A DNA stretch of 64,000 nt from Octopus bimaculoides (Eukaryota), in assembly GCF_001194135.2 (NCBI RefSeq), contig NC_069005.1, positions 35,268,993-35,332,992 on the forward strand, written 5' to 3'. Under the pieces are notes generated by a model, which worked only from the letters and a program-made list of their open reading frames with translations, did not search any database and was not told where the DNA came from. Below, one piece after another: positions 50,931 through 61,879 of the stretch; within the stretch, counting starts at the first letter, position 1; each line of letters begins with the position of its first letter. Position numbers and translations under genes: made by a program.

Positions 50931-53671
50931 AGAAATTTTAAAATGTCATAGACTGATTTCTATGAAAGTAGACATGAAATGAAAAGTATAAAATCCATTT
51001 TATTCAAGGAAGAAATTTGAAGTGACATAGATTTAGCAGTGATAGTATACTATTTGTTTCTGTTGACAAATTTTAACTGAAATTTTGTAAATTGCCACCA
51101 CTGTTAAGCTGTAAATCATTCTATGGAATTCAATAAGCTTGGAATTTTTTGATCAATATTTGATTCTATATGCACTACTAATCTTGGAGTCTTTGATAAG
51201 GAGCCAAGTCATTATTCTGTGGACACCACTAGTTCTTGGATCTCTTTTATATTTCAGAATTTGATGTTTATCTTGAAGAGATGTGTAGTATTTAGAAGAG
51301 ATTTGGTTAGCAAACAATTTCATAAGGGGTTGTTTTATATATTGTGTAAGGCACTACGTTATATTAATGGCCAGCACACTTCAAGTGGCAAAGTCCACCT
51401 AGCTGTAAGTAGGTATCTTAAAACATTGCTTTGATCACTGTTATCCTGAATTAGCCACCTACATTCCTTCAACTCTTCTACTATACCTAGTACACCAACT
51501 GATTTCTCCTCCTCCTCCTCTTTATACTGAATCTCATTCCATTTTAATCCTTTCAACCAAGAGCAGCTTCTCTTCCGATGTATTCCTTTTATGGTTCAAG
51601 TCAATCATCAGCTGCAATGATCTGCCTTAGTTTAAGAAGGGAGTTTAAAAATGAAGTGCATTGGGCCCTGTTCTACAGACTAAATGTCATTATAATTGAC
51701 TTTTCACAATTTGAGAAGGGAGTTTAAGAATATTACAATCTCCATTATAAAGAAATAATTTGTGAAAATCATTACTTGGAATGTTTAAGAACTGAAGACA
51801 TAATTTTCATCTTGTCAGTATCTCTATGATATTCATTGACGTCAGTTCCACCAAGGACGACAGCATATGGTATGTTTAGACGACTATCTGAAAGAGAGAA
51901 ACAATCATGATGTGTTAGTCTAGCCATTGTCTAAAATGGTGTTGGTAGAATTTTAATTTTAATTTGATGCTCGAGTCTTACACCAAACAATGATTCTTTT
52001 TAAATTCTGAAGGATATAAGGGTAGGATTTAAAGAACTCAAGACCAAGGTCTAAGCTCTCTCCTTATGGATATAAATTTGGTTTGCTGTAGATTCAGCAG
52101 CAGTAGTATAGCTTGTTGGGACCCATTGAATACTTTATGCAAAGGTGACTTGAAGAAGAATTGGCTAGAGTGAATCTTACTGGCTTCACTGGGCTACATC
52201 CGTTTGTGCATCTGAATTGCTTGTGGCAATGAACTGTATAGATCCACAAAGTATATTTTCAGTTAGTGCACTGGGTGACTGAAAGCTAAGTACTTTTGCA
52301 CAGGGATGCAGTGCAATGCCATTGGAGGAATATTAGTTCTTTGGCTTATAGTCTGGCAGCAAACTGACTTAAAACCATTTGCTCATACTTCAGAGCACCA
52401 AGCAATAAAATTGATGCTTCTATTATTTCACTTTTGGTGCAGAAATCCATGCAAAGAAGTGAATTTACAGATACAGTCAACCCACTGCATGAAAGCATGA
52501 ATACAAAATATACTGGCTAAAGATTTGTAATATTAATTTAATAACAACAGAAAGTAAGAAACTGGAGAATTACTTTAATGAGTTCCTGGTTTAATTATAT
52601 TGTATTTAGTCGGTGNNNNNNNNNNNNNNNNNNNNNNNNNNNNNNNNNNNNNNNNNNNNNNNNNNNNNNNNNNNNNNNNNNNNNNNNNNNNNNNNNNNNN
52701 NNNNNNNNNNNNNNNNNNNNNNNNNNNNNNNNNNNNNNNNNNNNNNNNNNNNNNNNNNNNNNNNNNNNNNNNNNNNNNNNNNNNNNNNNNNNNNNNNNNN
52801 NNNNNNNNNNNNNNNNNNNNNNNNNNNNNNNNNNNNNNNNNNNNNNNNNNNNNNNNNNNNNNNNNNNNNNNNNNNNNNNNNNNNNNNNNNNNNNNNNNNN
52901 NNNNAATTGCTGGTTTTGTGCCAATATCGTTCCTCTTGAATAATAACAATTCAAAACACCGCAGGAAATGCACAGGAAAGAATTCCAAAAAAAAAGCCCA
53001 ATGATCTAAAAAGTAAGAACTGGGCATTATAGTTTGTGAACAGCCTGGGGGGGGGGGGAATGGCTACAATATAAATGATGAGAGGTAAGTGAGTTGGGAG
53101 TTCCTGAGTGGACGTAGCACAAGACCAGACAGCTGTGAAGAAGAGAGGCTGTGGCAGAAAAATCAGAGAGAAGAGACACAGCAGGCTTGTGTGTGAGAAA
53201 GTAGGGGTGTTTTGGCAAAAGTCATATTATATCTAGGGTGGCAGCCATGGATTAGATTGTCACTGAAGACAATGTAGAAAATGAATGTTGATTGTAATAT
53301 GCAGATATTTCTTACTTGTAAGAATCTTTCCTGAATGGTAAGCATGCAGTGCCAATATGGCTGATATTTGATGCTGTTGTAGAACAACATCCACACACTC
53401 AATTGACCCAACATCTTGTAAGATACAATGGAAACCTACTTTCGCAAGGTGACATCTAGAAAGAGAATGGAAACAGATGTTAATGACAAAAAAAGCTTTT
53501 ATCATGCAAAATGCATTTTCGATTTAATGGTATCAGGATCAAAGAATAGAGGATTAAAATGGATTAGTGCTGATGATAATCCACTTACTTAATTCGGGTT
53601 GCTGTACTTGAGTTGCCACATACTTCATTCAGTTTGGCCAAAATCAGTATATTTTGGCCTGAGTTATCCAT
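36966..53671 (-). CDS. GLT1D1: Glycosyltransferase 1 domain-containing protein 1
   Basis: 11 coding exons in transcript order: 53671-53589, 53455-53316, 51887-51776, 49246-49195, 47557-47518, 43060-42902, 42199-42150, 40915-40873, 40003-39870, 38570-38472, 37127-36966. Motifs: CGNSSTATRI, ILALHAYHSG, VLGGTDVNE, FLLIGGIRSVKDPLYL, VIIGP, VVNSSLSEGMSTAILEAM..PVIARNIPGN, matching GLT1D1/GT-B fold family 1. One junction needs the acceptor at 40003 (see findings). Confidence 0.93.
37763..37946 (+). mobile_element. SINE-like repeat (CTTAGCAGTTCGGCAAAAGAGACCGATAGAATAAGTACTAGG..CTCCAGCATGGCCGCAGTC), representative copy
   Basis: Related copies at about 26575, 39480 (+) and 5660, 18150 (-). Confidence 0.75.
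44636..45576 (-). mobile_element. RTE-type LINE 3' end including SINE-like tail
   Basis: Reverse complement of the 12.5-13.3 kb copy (AVTAEDMHRLARNEASMLQWMCNV..LRWYGHV..), running into an N gap at 45577. Confidence 0.85.
46430..46740 (+). mobile_element. old LINE (RTE-like) 3' coding remnant
   Basis: '..IEGKRRGKPRNMWMDN..' resembles the RTE C-terminal 'G.R.RGRPR..W.DN' motif. Heavily degraded. Confidence 0.45.
47000..47310. repeat. degenerate minisatellite / low-complexity tract (ACAGTGTGTAG..ATAGACAGAC units)
   Basis: Recurrent ACAGTGTGTAG, TTGACTGAATAG and ATAGACAGACA motifs. Confidence 0.6.
48240..48465 (-). mobile_element. tRNA-headed SINE-like element carrying a minimal hammerhead-ribozyme-like motif
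   Basis: Minus strand: A-box TGGCGTAGTGG (48464-48454), B-box GAGTTCAATTCC (48421-48410), an (AAT)n spacer, then GACAC-CTGATGA-A-GGCTG-loop-CAGCC-AAAAC-GTT-GTGTT (48327-48282). Confidence 0.75.
48282..48327 (-). ncRNA. type I minimal hammerhead-ribozyme-like motif, G12 mutated to A
   Basis: Stem I GACAC/GUGUU, core CUGAUGA, stem II GGCUG/CAGCC, (G>A)AAAC, palindromic AC-GU stem III, GUU cleavage triplet. Confidence 0.65.
50590..50903 (-). mobile_element. RTE-type LINE fragment
   Basis: Minus-strand ORF 'MLHSSETRAVTAEDIRKLTRNEASMLRWMCNV..VQERRLRWYGHV', same family as the 12.5-kb and 45.4-kb copies. Confidence 0.85.
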
Positions 53672-53769
53672 TGGTTACTCTGCAAAAACATTACAAGTTT
53701 TTATTACATACAATGGAAAAGTTTCAGTAAGAATTATATTTTCAGTAAATAGTGCCTGGTGTAAGCTAT

Positions 53770-54594
53770 GGACACGTAAGAGGTGCAGCAATATCAGAGG
53801 AAGGTTAGCAAGGAAGATATCTGCATAAGCTTGGGTATTATGGACGAGCAGCTAGAAGAAAACCTCTCCTTTAACCAATTAATATTATGAAAAGAAAGAA
53901 ATGGGCTAAGGAGATGTCAGAAAAATACAGTTCATTTTGGGATAGAGTGATTTTGCATTATTATCAGACAGTGGATGTGTTTGGGTTTGGAGGTTTCCCA
54001 ATCAAGAATTTGATTTGAAATGACTCCAACTAACTGTGAAATATCTCTGTAATGGTATACGGAGCTATATGGTGGTTCTGAGCTGATCAAATGTGTTGGA
54101 ACCATAAACTCTGAAAAATACATCGAAATACTTAAGCAAGAACTACTTCCGATGTATTCACATGATAACATAACGAAAAATGAGTTTTTATTCATGGAAG
54201 ATGGGGCTCCATGCCACACAGCGAAAAGGAATCAACAATGGCTGACTGAAAATGGGATCAAAAAGCTTCTTTAGCTGAGCCAATCTCCCAACATGACCCC
54301 AATTGAAAATCTTTGGAGCATACCAGATAGAGCTATACAAAAAACCCAACAGAAACCTAAAGATGAATTGTTTCGATTGTTGCGTGAAAAGTGGGCAGAA
54401 ATTCCACAAGAGACAATCACAAAGCTCATCAGTTCAATGCCAAAAAGAGTTTCTGAATCAAAAAACTGCAAAGGGAATGTCAACTGAATACTAAAGTATG
54501 TAGTCCAGCCTATCGATTACATTTCAATTGTTTGCTTTGCATATTAAAAGATTTTGAAAATTAAAGGTGTCTATTTACTTCCTGCATGTCTGTA
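53770..54594 (+). mobile_element. Tc1/mariner DD34E transposase remnant with right TIR
   Basis: Reads 'LGYYGRAARRKPLL..WDRVI..VWVWR..SVMVYGAI..INSEKYIEIL..FMEDGAPCH..SQSPNMTPIENLW..LISSMPKRV'. There are 34 codons (one a stop) between the D of EDGAPCH and the E of PIENLW. It ends '...CATGTCTG|TA' (54592-54594), a CAG-starting TIR plus TA. Left TIR not found. Confidence 0.9.
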
Positions 54595-55439
54595 TGTATA
54601 TGGCAAGAAATAACTTTTGTCTCTTTTATAGAAACAAAAGGGTTTACAGGACTGCAAAAAAAGAAGTGCTGAAATGTAATTGAGACAGAGATAAAAAAAA
54701 AAAAACATTGACCACAGAACAACTATCAAACTAGAGTCAATGACTTTATATATAAAGACCACACCTCCAAACATTTGATCATATATATTACCATGGCTCT
54801 TAAACATATAAAGTATAGATATATATAAAAAAAAAACAACATATAAAGTATACNNNNNNNNNNNNNNNNNNNNNNNNNNNNNNNNNNNNNNNNNNNNNNN
54901 NNNNNNNNNNNNNNNNNNNNNNNNNNNNNNNNNNNNNNNNNNNNNNNNNNNNNNNNNNNNNNNNNNNNNNNNNNNNNNNNNNNNNNNNNNNNNNNNNNNN
55001 NNNNNNNNNNNNNNNNNNNNNNNNNNNNNNNNNNNNNNNNNNNNNNNNNNNNNNNNNNNNNNNNNNNNNNNNNNNNNNNNNNNNNNNNNNNNNNNNNNNN
55101 NNNNNNNNNNNNNNNNNNNNNNNNNNNNNNNNNNNNNNNNNNNNNNNNNNNNNNNNNNNNNNNNNNNNNNNNNNNNNNNNNNNNNNNNNNNNNNNNNNNN
55201 NNNNNNNNNNNNNATGACCCCACCCCTCATCAAGATGAACAGGAAACGCAACAAATCATTTGTTCAATGCCACATGGCTAATTTCAAGATAATAAGCCAT
55301 TACAGGACCAGTCCAAATTTTCTAACAAACTCAAAAAAGAAAGAAAAAAAAAAGGACGTATTCTTTTGTTTGAGAGGAGTAAGAATATATTTTTTAGTTG
55401 ATTGATATTTGATTTTATTTTATTTAGATTTTTAGTAGC

Positions 55440-55607
55440 ATCATCATCATCATCATCATCGTTTAACGTCCGCTTTCCATGCTAGCATGGGTTGGACGAT
55501 TTGACTGAGGACTGGTGAAACCGGATGGCAACACCAGGCTCCAGTCTGATTTGGCAGAGTTTCTACAGCTGGATGCCCTTCCTAACGCCAACCACTCAGA
55601 GAGTGTA
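55440..55607 (-). mobile_element. young copy of the RTE-tail SINE
   Basis: Nearly identical over about 100 bp to the copy at 22944-23047, which points to recent activity. Confidence 0.85.
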
Positions 55608-56029
55608 GCATGACACACTTTAGAATTTTTAGTTGATTGTATACACCTTGATAGGCTGTTCTACATGTCTGTATTTTTATTCACATATATATTTTTTACC
55701 TTCTGTGTTTTTTATATATATGTATACTTTATATGTTTAAGAGCCATGGTAATACTTATATACGATCAAATGTTTGGAGGTGTGGTGTTATATATAAAGC
55801 CATTGACTCGAATTTGATGTTTGTTCTATGATCAATGTTCATATGTATGTTACTGACACATGAATCAGTAAAAAAATATTTGTGTAAATATAATTTTGTT
55901 AATTTTTTTTTTCTTTAAAAAAATATATATTTTTTTGTTTACTTAAACTGTTAGGAAATAGGGCAGCCACAGTACTTTGCCATTTGAGGTGTGTCCTCCC
56001 GTCTCACCCCCACCATCTATACCAGTAGT

Positions 56030-57340
56030 CTTTATCCTCTGACATCTTTCTCCAGAGCACCTCTAACAGCTTACTCTATGGAATGCTTTTCCCCCTCCAT
56101 CCCTACCTAGTGTCTATCTCCTGTTGAATGCAGTGATGATGTAGCAAATAAAATTATGGTGTAGTGTATGCAGGTTGAACGCTATTTGTATGTTTACGAG
56201 ATCTGCCAAATGCAAGCTTTCTTTTTGGATGCATAATGCTGCTGTCCCCCATCCCAGGGTCTCGCCGGTCCACACCTTCCACACCCTCAAAGTTGGCACA
56301 TTGAAAGGTAGGTCTGGTGAGATTGTTGAGATGCTTGAACAGAGACATAGATTTGTGCTGCATCCTAGAAGGTGGAGAGGAAGTTCTGCTAGGTTCCTCA
56401 CAGGCAAAGAACACAGGTATAAGATTTTCTGTGAAGGGAACACTGATGGGGTCGGGAGTGTGGGTATACTGCTTGCGGATAAGCAGGTTGATAAGGTAAT
56501 CGAAGAAGTCAGAGTCTGTGATAGAATACTCAAGCTTAGACTTGTGCTGCAACATGGATTCGCAACCATTATCTCGGCTTGTGCCCCCTCAGCCGGGGCC
56601 ACCTGACGAACAGAAAGACCGATTTTCTGACACCCTCTTGCAGACTACCTTGTTGATGAATAACAGAGACCTTCTCTTTGAGGCTGGTGACTTCAACAGG
56701 CATGTTGGACAACATCCAGGGAGCTTCCATGGTGTACATGGTGGCTTTGAATTTGGTTCCCACAATGAGGAGGGAACCAGGCTGCTGGAGTTCTGTGATA
56801 CAAATGATTTTACGATCTGTAATATTAACTTTAGGAAACCTGTCAGTTACCTTTTCACCTACCAGTCTGGTGGTCATACCAGTCAGATTGACTACATTCT
56901 CACCAGGAAATGGGAAAGATGGCTACTTATAAATGCCAAAACTTTCTCAGGTGAAGAATGCACTCCACAACATAGGTTAGTAGTTAGTGACTTCAGGATC
57001 AGGGCTAAATGGCTGCCCAGAAGACGACCAGTGTAGAAAAGAAGGGTCTGGAAGCTTAAGAATCTTCTGAATGGATAGAGATTTAGAAATGTATTACTTG
57101 AAGCTTTTGATGAAAAAGAGGAGGATATAGCATCACATAATGTGGAGGACAACTGGCGGTTCCTAGAGGATAACTTATTGAGGGCTATTGACCAGATCTG
57201 TAGCTGGGGCAAAGTCCCCTCTTGACCTAACGTAATGTGGTGGCGGAACAATGTAGTTGACAAGGCCATTAGGGAAATGAAACTGGCATGGAAGGACTGG
57301 AAGTGCGGTGGTAGCAGGGTGCAGTCGCCAGAAGGGAAGC
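56030..57340 (+). mobile_element. RTE-type LINE 5' part with apurinic-endonuclease (APE) domain, frameshifted
   Basis: ORFs 56175-56606 and 56518-57036: 'LKVGTLKGRSGEIVEML..GVGILL..RILKLRL..IISACAP' and 'AGDFNRHVG..NEEGTRLLEFC..SQIDYIL..PQHRLVVSDF', the EEP/APE signature motifs GDFN, IDY and HRLV. Confidence 0.9.
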
Positions 57341-57608
57341 TAGGTGTACATATGCAAAAAATCACCTTCAAATTTATAATACATGGAAGACTAATGATTA
57401 ATAAAAAAAAAAAAAATTCCTACAGAGAGGGGGAAAGGTGATGTAAGATATGAAAACAAAATTATGTAACCTAGAGGTAGTAATAACAGAGAAAAGAAAG
57501 TTTAAAGGAATGAGAGTCTGGATCCATTTTTAGGTGAATTTCTTTAAGGTTCAGATATCATTTAAAACGGTACTACTAAAGCAGCACGGTCGCGCGTCCC
57601 CGCTAGCT

Positions 57609-57701
57609 AGTCGTGAGTGGTCGATCCTAATCCTAACCCTAACCCTAAACACGTATTCATTTGCACACGCGGGTTAGGGTTAGGATCGACCACTCAAGAC
57701 T
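57609..57701. repeat. hairpin with 31-bp arms containing telomeric CCCTAA/TTAGGG units
   Basis: AGTCGTGAGTGGTCGATCCTAATCCTAACCC ... GGGTTAGGGTTAGGATCGACCACTCAAGACT; 29 of 31 positions complementary. Confidence 0.9.
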
Positions 57702-59164
57702 NNNNNNNNNNNNNNNNNNNNNNNNNNNNNNNNNNNNNNNNNNNNNNNNNNNNNNNNNNNNNNNNNNNNNNNNNNNNNNNNNNNNNNNNNNNNNNNNNNN
57801 NNNNNNNNNNNNNNNNNNNNNNNNNNNNNNNNNNNNNNNNNNNNNNNNNNNNNNNNNNNNNNNNNNNNNNNNNNNNNNNNNNNNNNNNNNNNNNNNNNNN
57901 NNNNNNNNNNNNNNNNNNNNNNNNNNNNNNNNNNNNNNNNNNNNNNNNNNNNNNNNNNNNNNNNNNNNNNNNNNNNNNNNNNNNNNNNNNNNNNNNNNNN
58001 NNNNNNNNNNNNNNNNNNNNNNNNNNNNNNNNNNNNNNNNNNNNNNNNNNNNNNNNNNNNNNNNNNNNNNNNNNNNNNNNNNNNNNNNNNNNNNNNNNNN
58101 NNNNNNNNNNNNNNNNNNNNNNNNNNNNNNNNNNNNNNNNNNNNNNNNNNNNNNNNNNNNNNNNNNNNNNNNNNNNNNNNNNNNNNNNNNNNNNNNNNNN
58201 NNNNNNNNNNNNNNNNNNNNNNNNNNNNNNNNNNNNNNNNNNNNNNNNNNNNNNNNNNNNNNNNNNNNNNNNNNNNNNNNNNNNNNNNNNNNNNNNNNNN
58301 NNNNNNNNNNNNNNNNNNNNNNNNNNNNNNNNNNNNNNNNNNNNNNNNNNNNNNNNNNNNNNNNNNNNNNNNNNNNNNNNNNNNNNNNNNNNNNNNNNNN
58401 NNNNNNNNNNNNNNNNNNNNNNNNNNNNNNNNNNNNNTATATATATATATATATATATAATGTGCATTTGCACAATTCTAAGCGCTCGAATGTAGTTCAC
58501 GTGTGTAAATGTATTGATAAATGATATAGAATACGGAAAAAGGTTAGAAAAACGAAAGGACATTTAAAACGAGCGGAAAGAGCAGAAGTGAAGAAGATGT
58601 TTAAAGAAACGAGGGGAAAATAAACAATTGTTACTGAAGGAAGATAAAACAGAGAGTTTTCTTACGAAATATAAGAAATAAATCTTAATTCAGGTTGTGG
58701 TTAGAGAAACAAATGTTCGATTAATTGCTAAAAGAAGCTGTTAATTGTTAAAAGAAGCAGTTAATTACCAGAAGAAGCTGTTTATTACCGGCCGAAAACG
58801 TGGCGAAGAAAGAAGAAATTGGAAGGAAAGGGAGATAACTGCGCTGAGATGTCAAGTCACCTGTTTTGAAATGAGAGCAGCGTTTATTTGCATACAGTGG
58901 TGGTGGGGGGTTACGGGCACGCACACACGCGTGTGTGTGCATGTGTTAATAGTATTTCCAAAATTTTGCACAAGACCAGCAATTTTTAGGGGTGGGGGAA
59001 GTCAATACATCGACCCCAGTGTTGAAATGGTACTTATTTTATCGACCCCGAATCGATAAAGCCAAGTCAACCCCGGCGGAAAATGAACTCCAAAAGTAAA
59101 GATGAGCGAAATGACACAAAGCGTTTTGCTTGGCGTGAGATCGATTCTGCCAACTCATCGCCTT

Positions 59165-59205
<41 letters not shown>

Positions 59206-59439
59206 CGCGAGTGTCTGTGTCTGTCTGTGTGTTTGTGTGTGTGTGTGTGTGCGTGTGTTAATACTGGTTTCAAATTTTGGCAAAGGTCCAGTAATTTCGA
59301 AGACAGGGTAAGTTGATTACACCGACTCTTCTTACTTAATTTATCGACCCCGAAAGGATGAGAAAAGAAGAGAGGCTCAGTAATTAGTCACTGACTTTTG
59401 TCAGTCTAAGTCGCGGACCCTGTATTCCTGTAGAGACTC

Positions 59440-60950
59440 TAAAAACCCGCACTAAAGGACTCTGCAGTAAAACTCTCTAGTTGTAGGAGGATGGAAAAGT
59501 CGTCAGCGAAGAACAGTGACATTGATGGCAATAGATGCCCCGTGGCTGAGCTGAGGACACTCAAGAGCTAACGAATCTCATGGTATTCTATCTGAGGGGC
59601 TCAAGAGCTGTGACCTGGAGGACATCTTAATAAATATATGTAGCACAGCATTGAAAAAGGACGACAAGCCGCAACAATGGTCCCGTTCGATCATATGCTG
59701 TTCCTAAATTCATTCTGCTTTTAAGATTGATTTCTGCAGTGGAATCAATTTGACCGTATCTCATAAAGCTCCACAACTGGATGACTCTTGACCAAATACG
59801 AGCACCTATTGACACCAAGCTGAGGTAGAGCTAGAGCGGGTTCAAGGAAAAGCAGGGATCTTGTTCAAAACGGGGGGCACCAGTTTTCATTAATGTTTTA
59901 TGTAGTGTTTTTGGTACCGAAAGACTTTCAAACTTCGTATACTTATCTATTTTGTGTTATAGAACAGAAAAAAAATTTTGTATTCGGATTTATTTCATGT
60001 AAAAAAATTGTCTTATTTCGATAATTTCAACAAGTATTCAGCTGGTTACAGTTACTCCTAAGCGGTGTAAAGCGTATTTAATCTCCATTACTTCTGACAT
60101 TTTGCAGAGGCAACACACGTGTGTTCGTTTTCCCTAACTCTAACCCTAATTGACTTGCTCCTTCCCTCAAAAACCATGCCTTGTGCCTATAATAGAAAGG
60201 TTTATTAGCTACTGCCAATATGCTTCAGCCATTTTTTGACAAGGAAATAATAATTTTATCACCGCCGCGAATCGTTTGTTTACGTACTCAGTACTTAATT
60301 TTTACGGCTGAATGGACGTCAGTCATTGGTTGAAATTACAGAAATACGACAACTTTAACATGAAATAACTTGCGATGTACGTTTTTTTGTTAAGAAGACT
60401 AAGAGAAAAAGATGTTTTATATGACACATTCTACCAGTGTCCCAAGTTTCAAAGTGTTTCATTAAGAAAATACTGGTGCCCCCGTTTTGAAAAAGATCTA
60501 AAAGCAGAAAAATGCCATACAGACCCTTACCCTTAGGGAATAGCAGACAAAGTAAATAAAGATAATCTAGAGCTGTTTTGGTATTTATCAACTTAAAAAA
60601 AACATTTGGTTCAATTCATCGGGATAAAATTATAAAGATCAAGATCTTGTAGCCATACAAAATTCATCTTGATACTCTCCGAGCCATTGAGGGCATGTGC
60701 GTCTAAATATGGGACGAATGATCACACTAGACAGGGAAATTGAAATATTCGATTTGGGCACTGGGGGGTTCTCCAAGGTGATACGTTGGCTTCCTTCATC
60801 TTTCTCACTGATAGTCTCTAGGTTACTCAATTTACACCCAAGAAGTCCAACGAAGTTGGTTTCGTGACATTGATCTGGAGTTTGTCGACGATATTGCTTC
60901 ACTATCGAATGAAATCAAACATACTGAAGCCCTTCTGCACGTTAGAGAAT
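59440..60950 (+). mobile_element. degraded LINE reverse transcriptase, split by a MITE insertion
   Basis: Before the insertion: 'LKSCDLEDILINICS..KPQQWSRSII..MTLDQIRAPIDTKLR..GF'. After it: 'VFINLKKTFGSIHRDKIIKI..GVLQGDTLASFIF..DLEFVDDIASLSNEI'. These are RT domains (DFKKAFDS, QGD.L.P.LF, ADD) in the correct order. Confidence 0.8.
59856..60499. mobile_element. non-autonomous hAT-like MITE (644 bp) with TIRs and 8-bp TSD
   Basis: Left end GGATCTTGTTCAAAACGGGGGGCACCAGT; right end reverse complement AGATCTTTTTCAAAACGGGGGCACCAGT. Flanked by a direct repeat AAAAGCAG at 59848-59855 and 60500-60507. An 8-bp TSD is typical of hAT. Confidence 0.88.
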
Positions 60951-61879
60951 TCAGAAAAGATTTCACCGGCAGAGCCTGTGGTTGCATTACTTTCAAAAAC
61001 CGGTTTTGTCTCTCACGAAATTTTATTTGCAAAGAGGAGGTTGACACGTCATGGTGTGTAGAATGTCATCAACTCCACCCAAGTATTGCTACCCTTTATG
61101 TTTAAATGTGTGTTCATCCATTGACACATCGAAAATCCATTCTGGGCGAATACACAAAGGCGGAGTCGTCGTTGATGAAATTCTTGGTAAATGTATGCGC
61201 TACATTTGTAACAAACAATTTAGAGCAGTCATGACTTGAATACCACCGAAGAGCGCACGGTAGAGAAACAAGCCATATCTGATACGGGTATTTGAAACAG
61301 TGAGAAAGTGGTAGTGCTCGAAATCAACCGACGCTCACTACAGCATATACATACATACATACATACGTGCGTACACACACACAATCACACGCACGCGCAC
61401 ATACATATGTATGTATAAAAAAATCAGGATATGTAATTGCAGCAATATTAAATTAAAGTAGCCATCTATGTATCATACATAACGTATTTTTGCCAGCTGA
61501 GTGAACTGGAACAACGTGAAATAAAGCGTCTTGCTCAAGGACACAACGCATCGCCGAGAATCGAACTTACGAAGCCGAATACTCTAACCACAAAGCCACG
61601 CGCACACCACACACACACACCACACATCACACACGCTTGTGTGTGTGTATGTATGGAGATGATGACCATGCCGTCTTTTCTGAGCTTTCTCTTGTATAAA
61701 ATGTTGAGAAGAGTCGAAAATGTCGAATTAAATGTTACTCCTTGTGTAGTTTTGTCCGTCAATGGTCTCTATTCAAAGTGCATGTGTCAACTTTGCATTT
61801 CATTCCCTGCAAGTTCGATACGAGTGATATATGAGAAACGATGTTATCGACTCTGCTGTAATTGAAGTCACCAAAGCAG

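Larger units (their letters stand above)
4310..58437. other. nine assembly gaps (N runs)
   Basis: 4310-4478, 7455-7754, 8310-8961, 12738-13033, 45577-45963, 49848-50589, 52616-52904, 54854-55213, 57702-58437. Confidence 1.

Noticed and set aside
57609-57701. Functional link between the telomeric-repeat hairpin and the POT1 gene in the same window
   Set aside because: They are about 46 kb and three genes apart, and short TTAGGG tracts are common in repeats. Treated as coincidence.
4243-58563. Long ORFs in the track that are mostly X
   Set aside because: They are artefacts of translating through N gaps.
1010-61640. (CA)n, (AT)n, (AG)n, (CAT)n and (TAG)n tracts
   Set aside because: Ordinary microsatellites or SINE tails.
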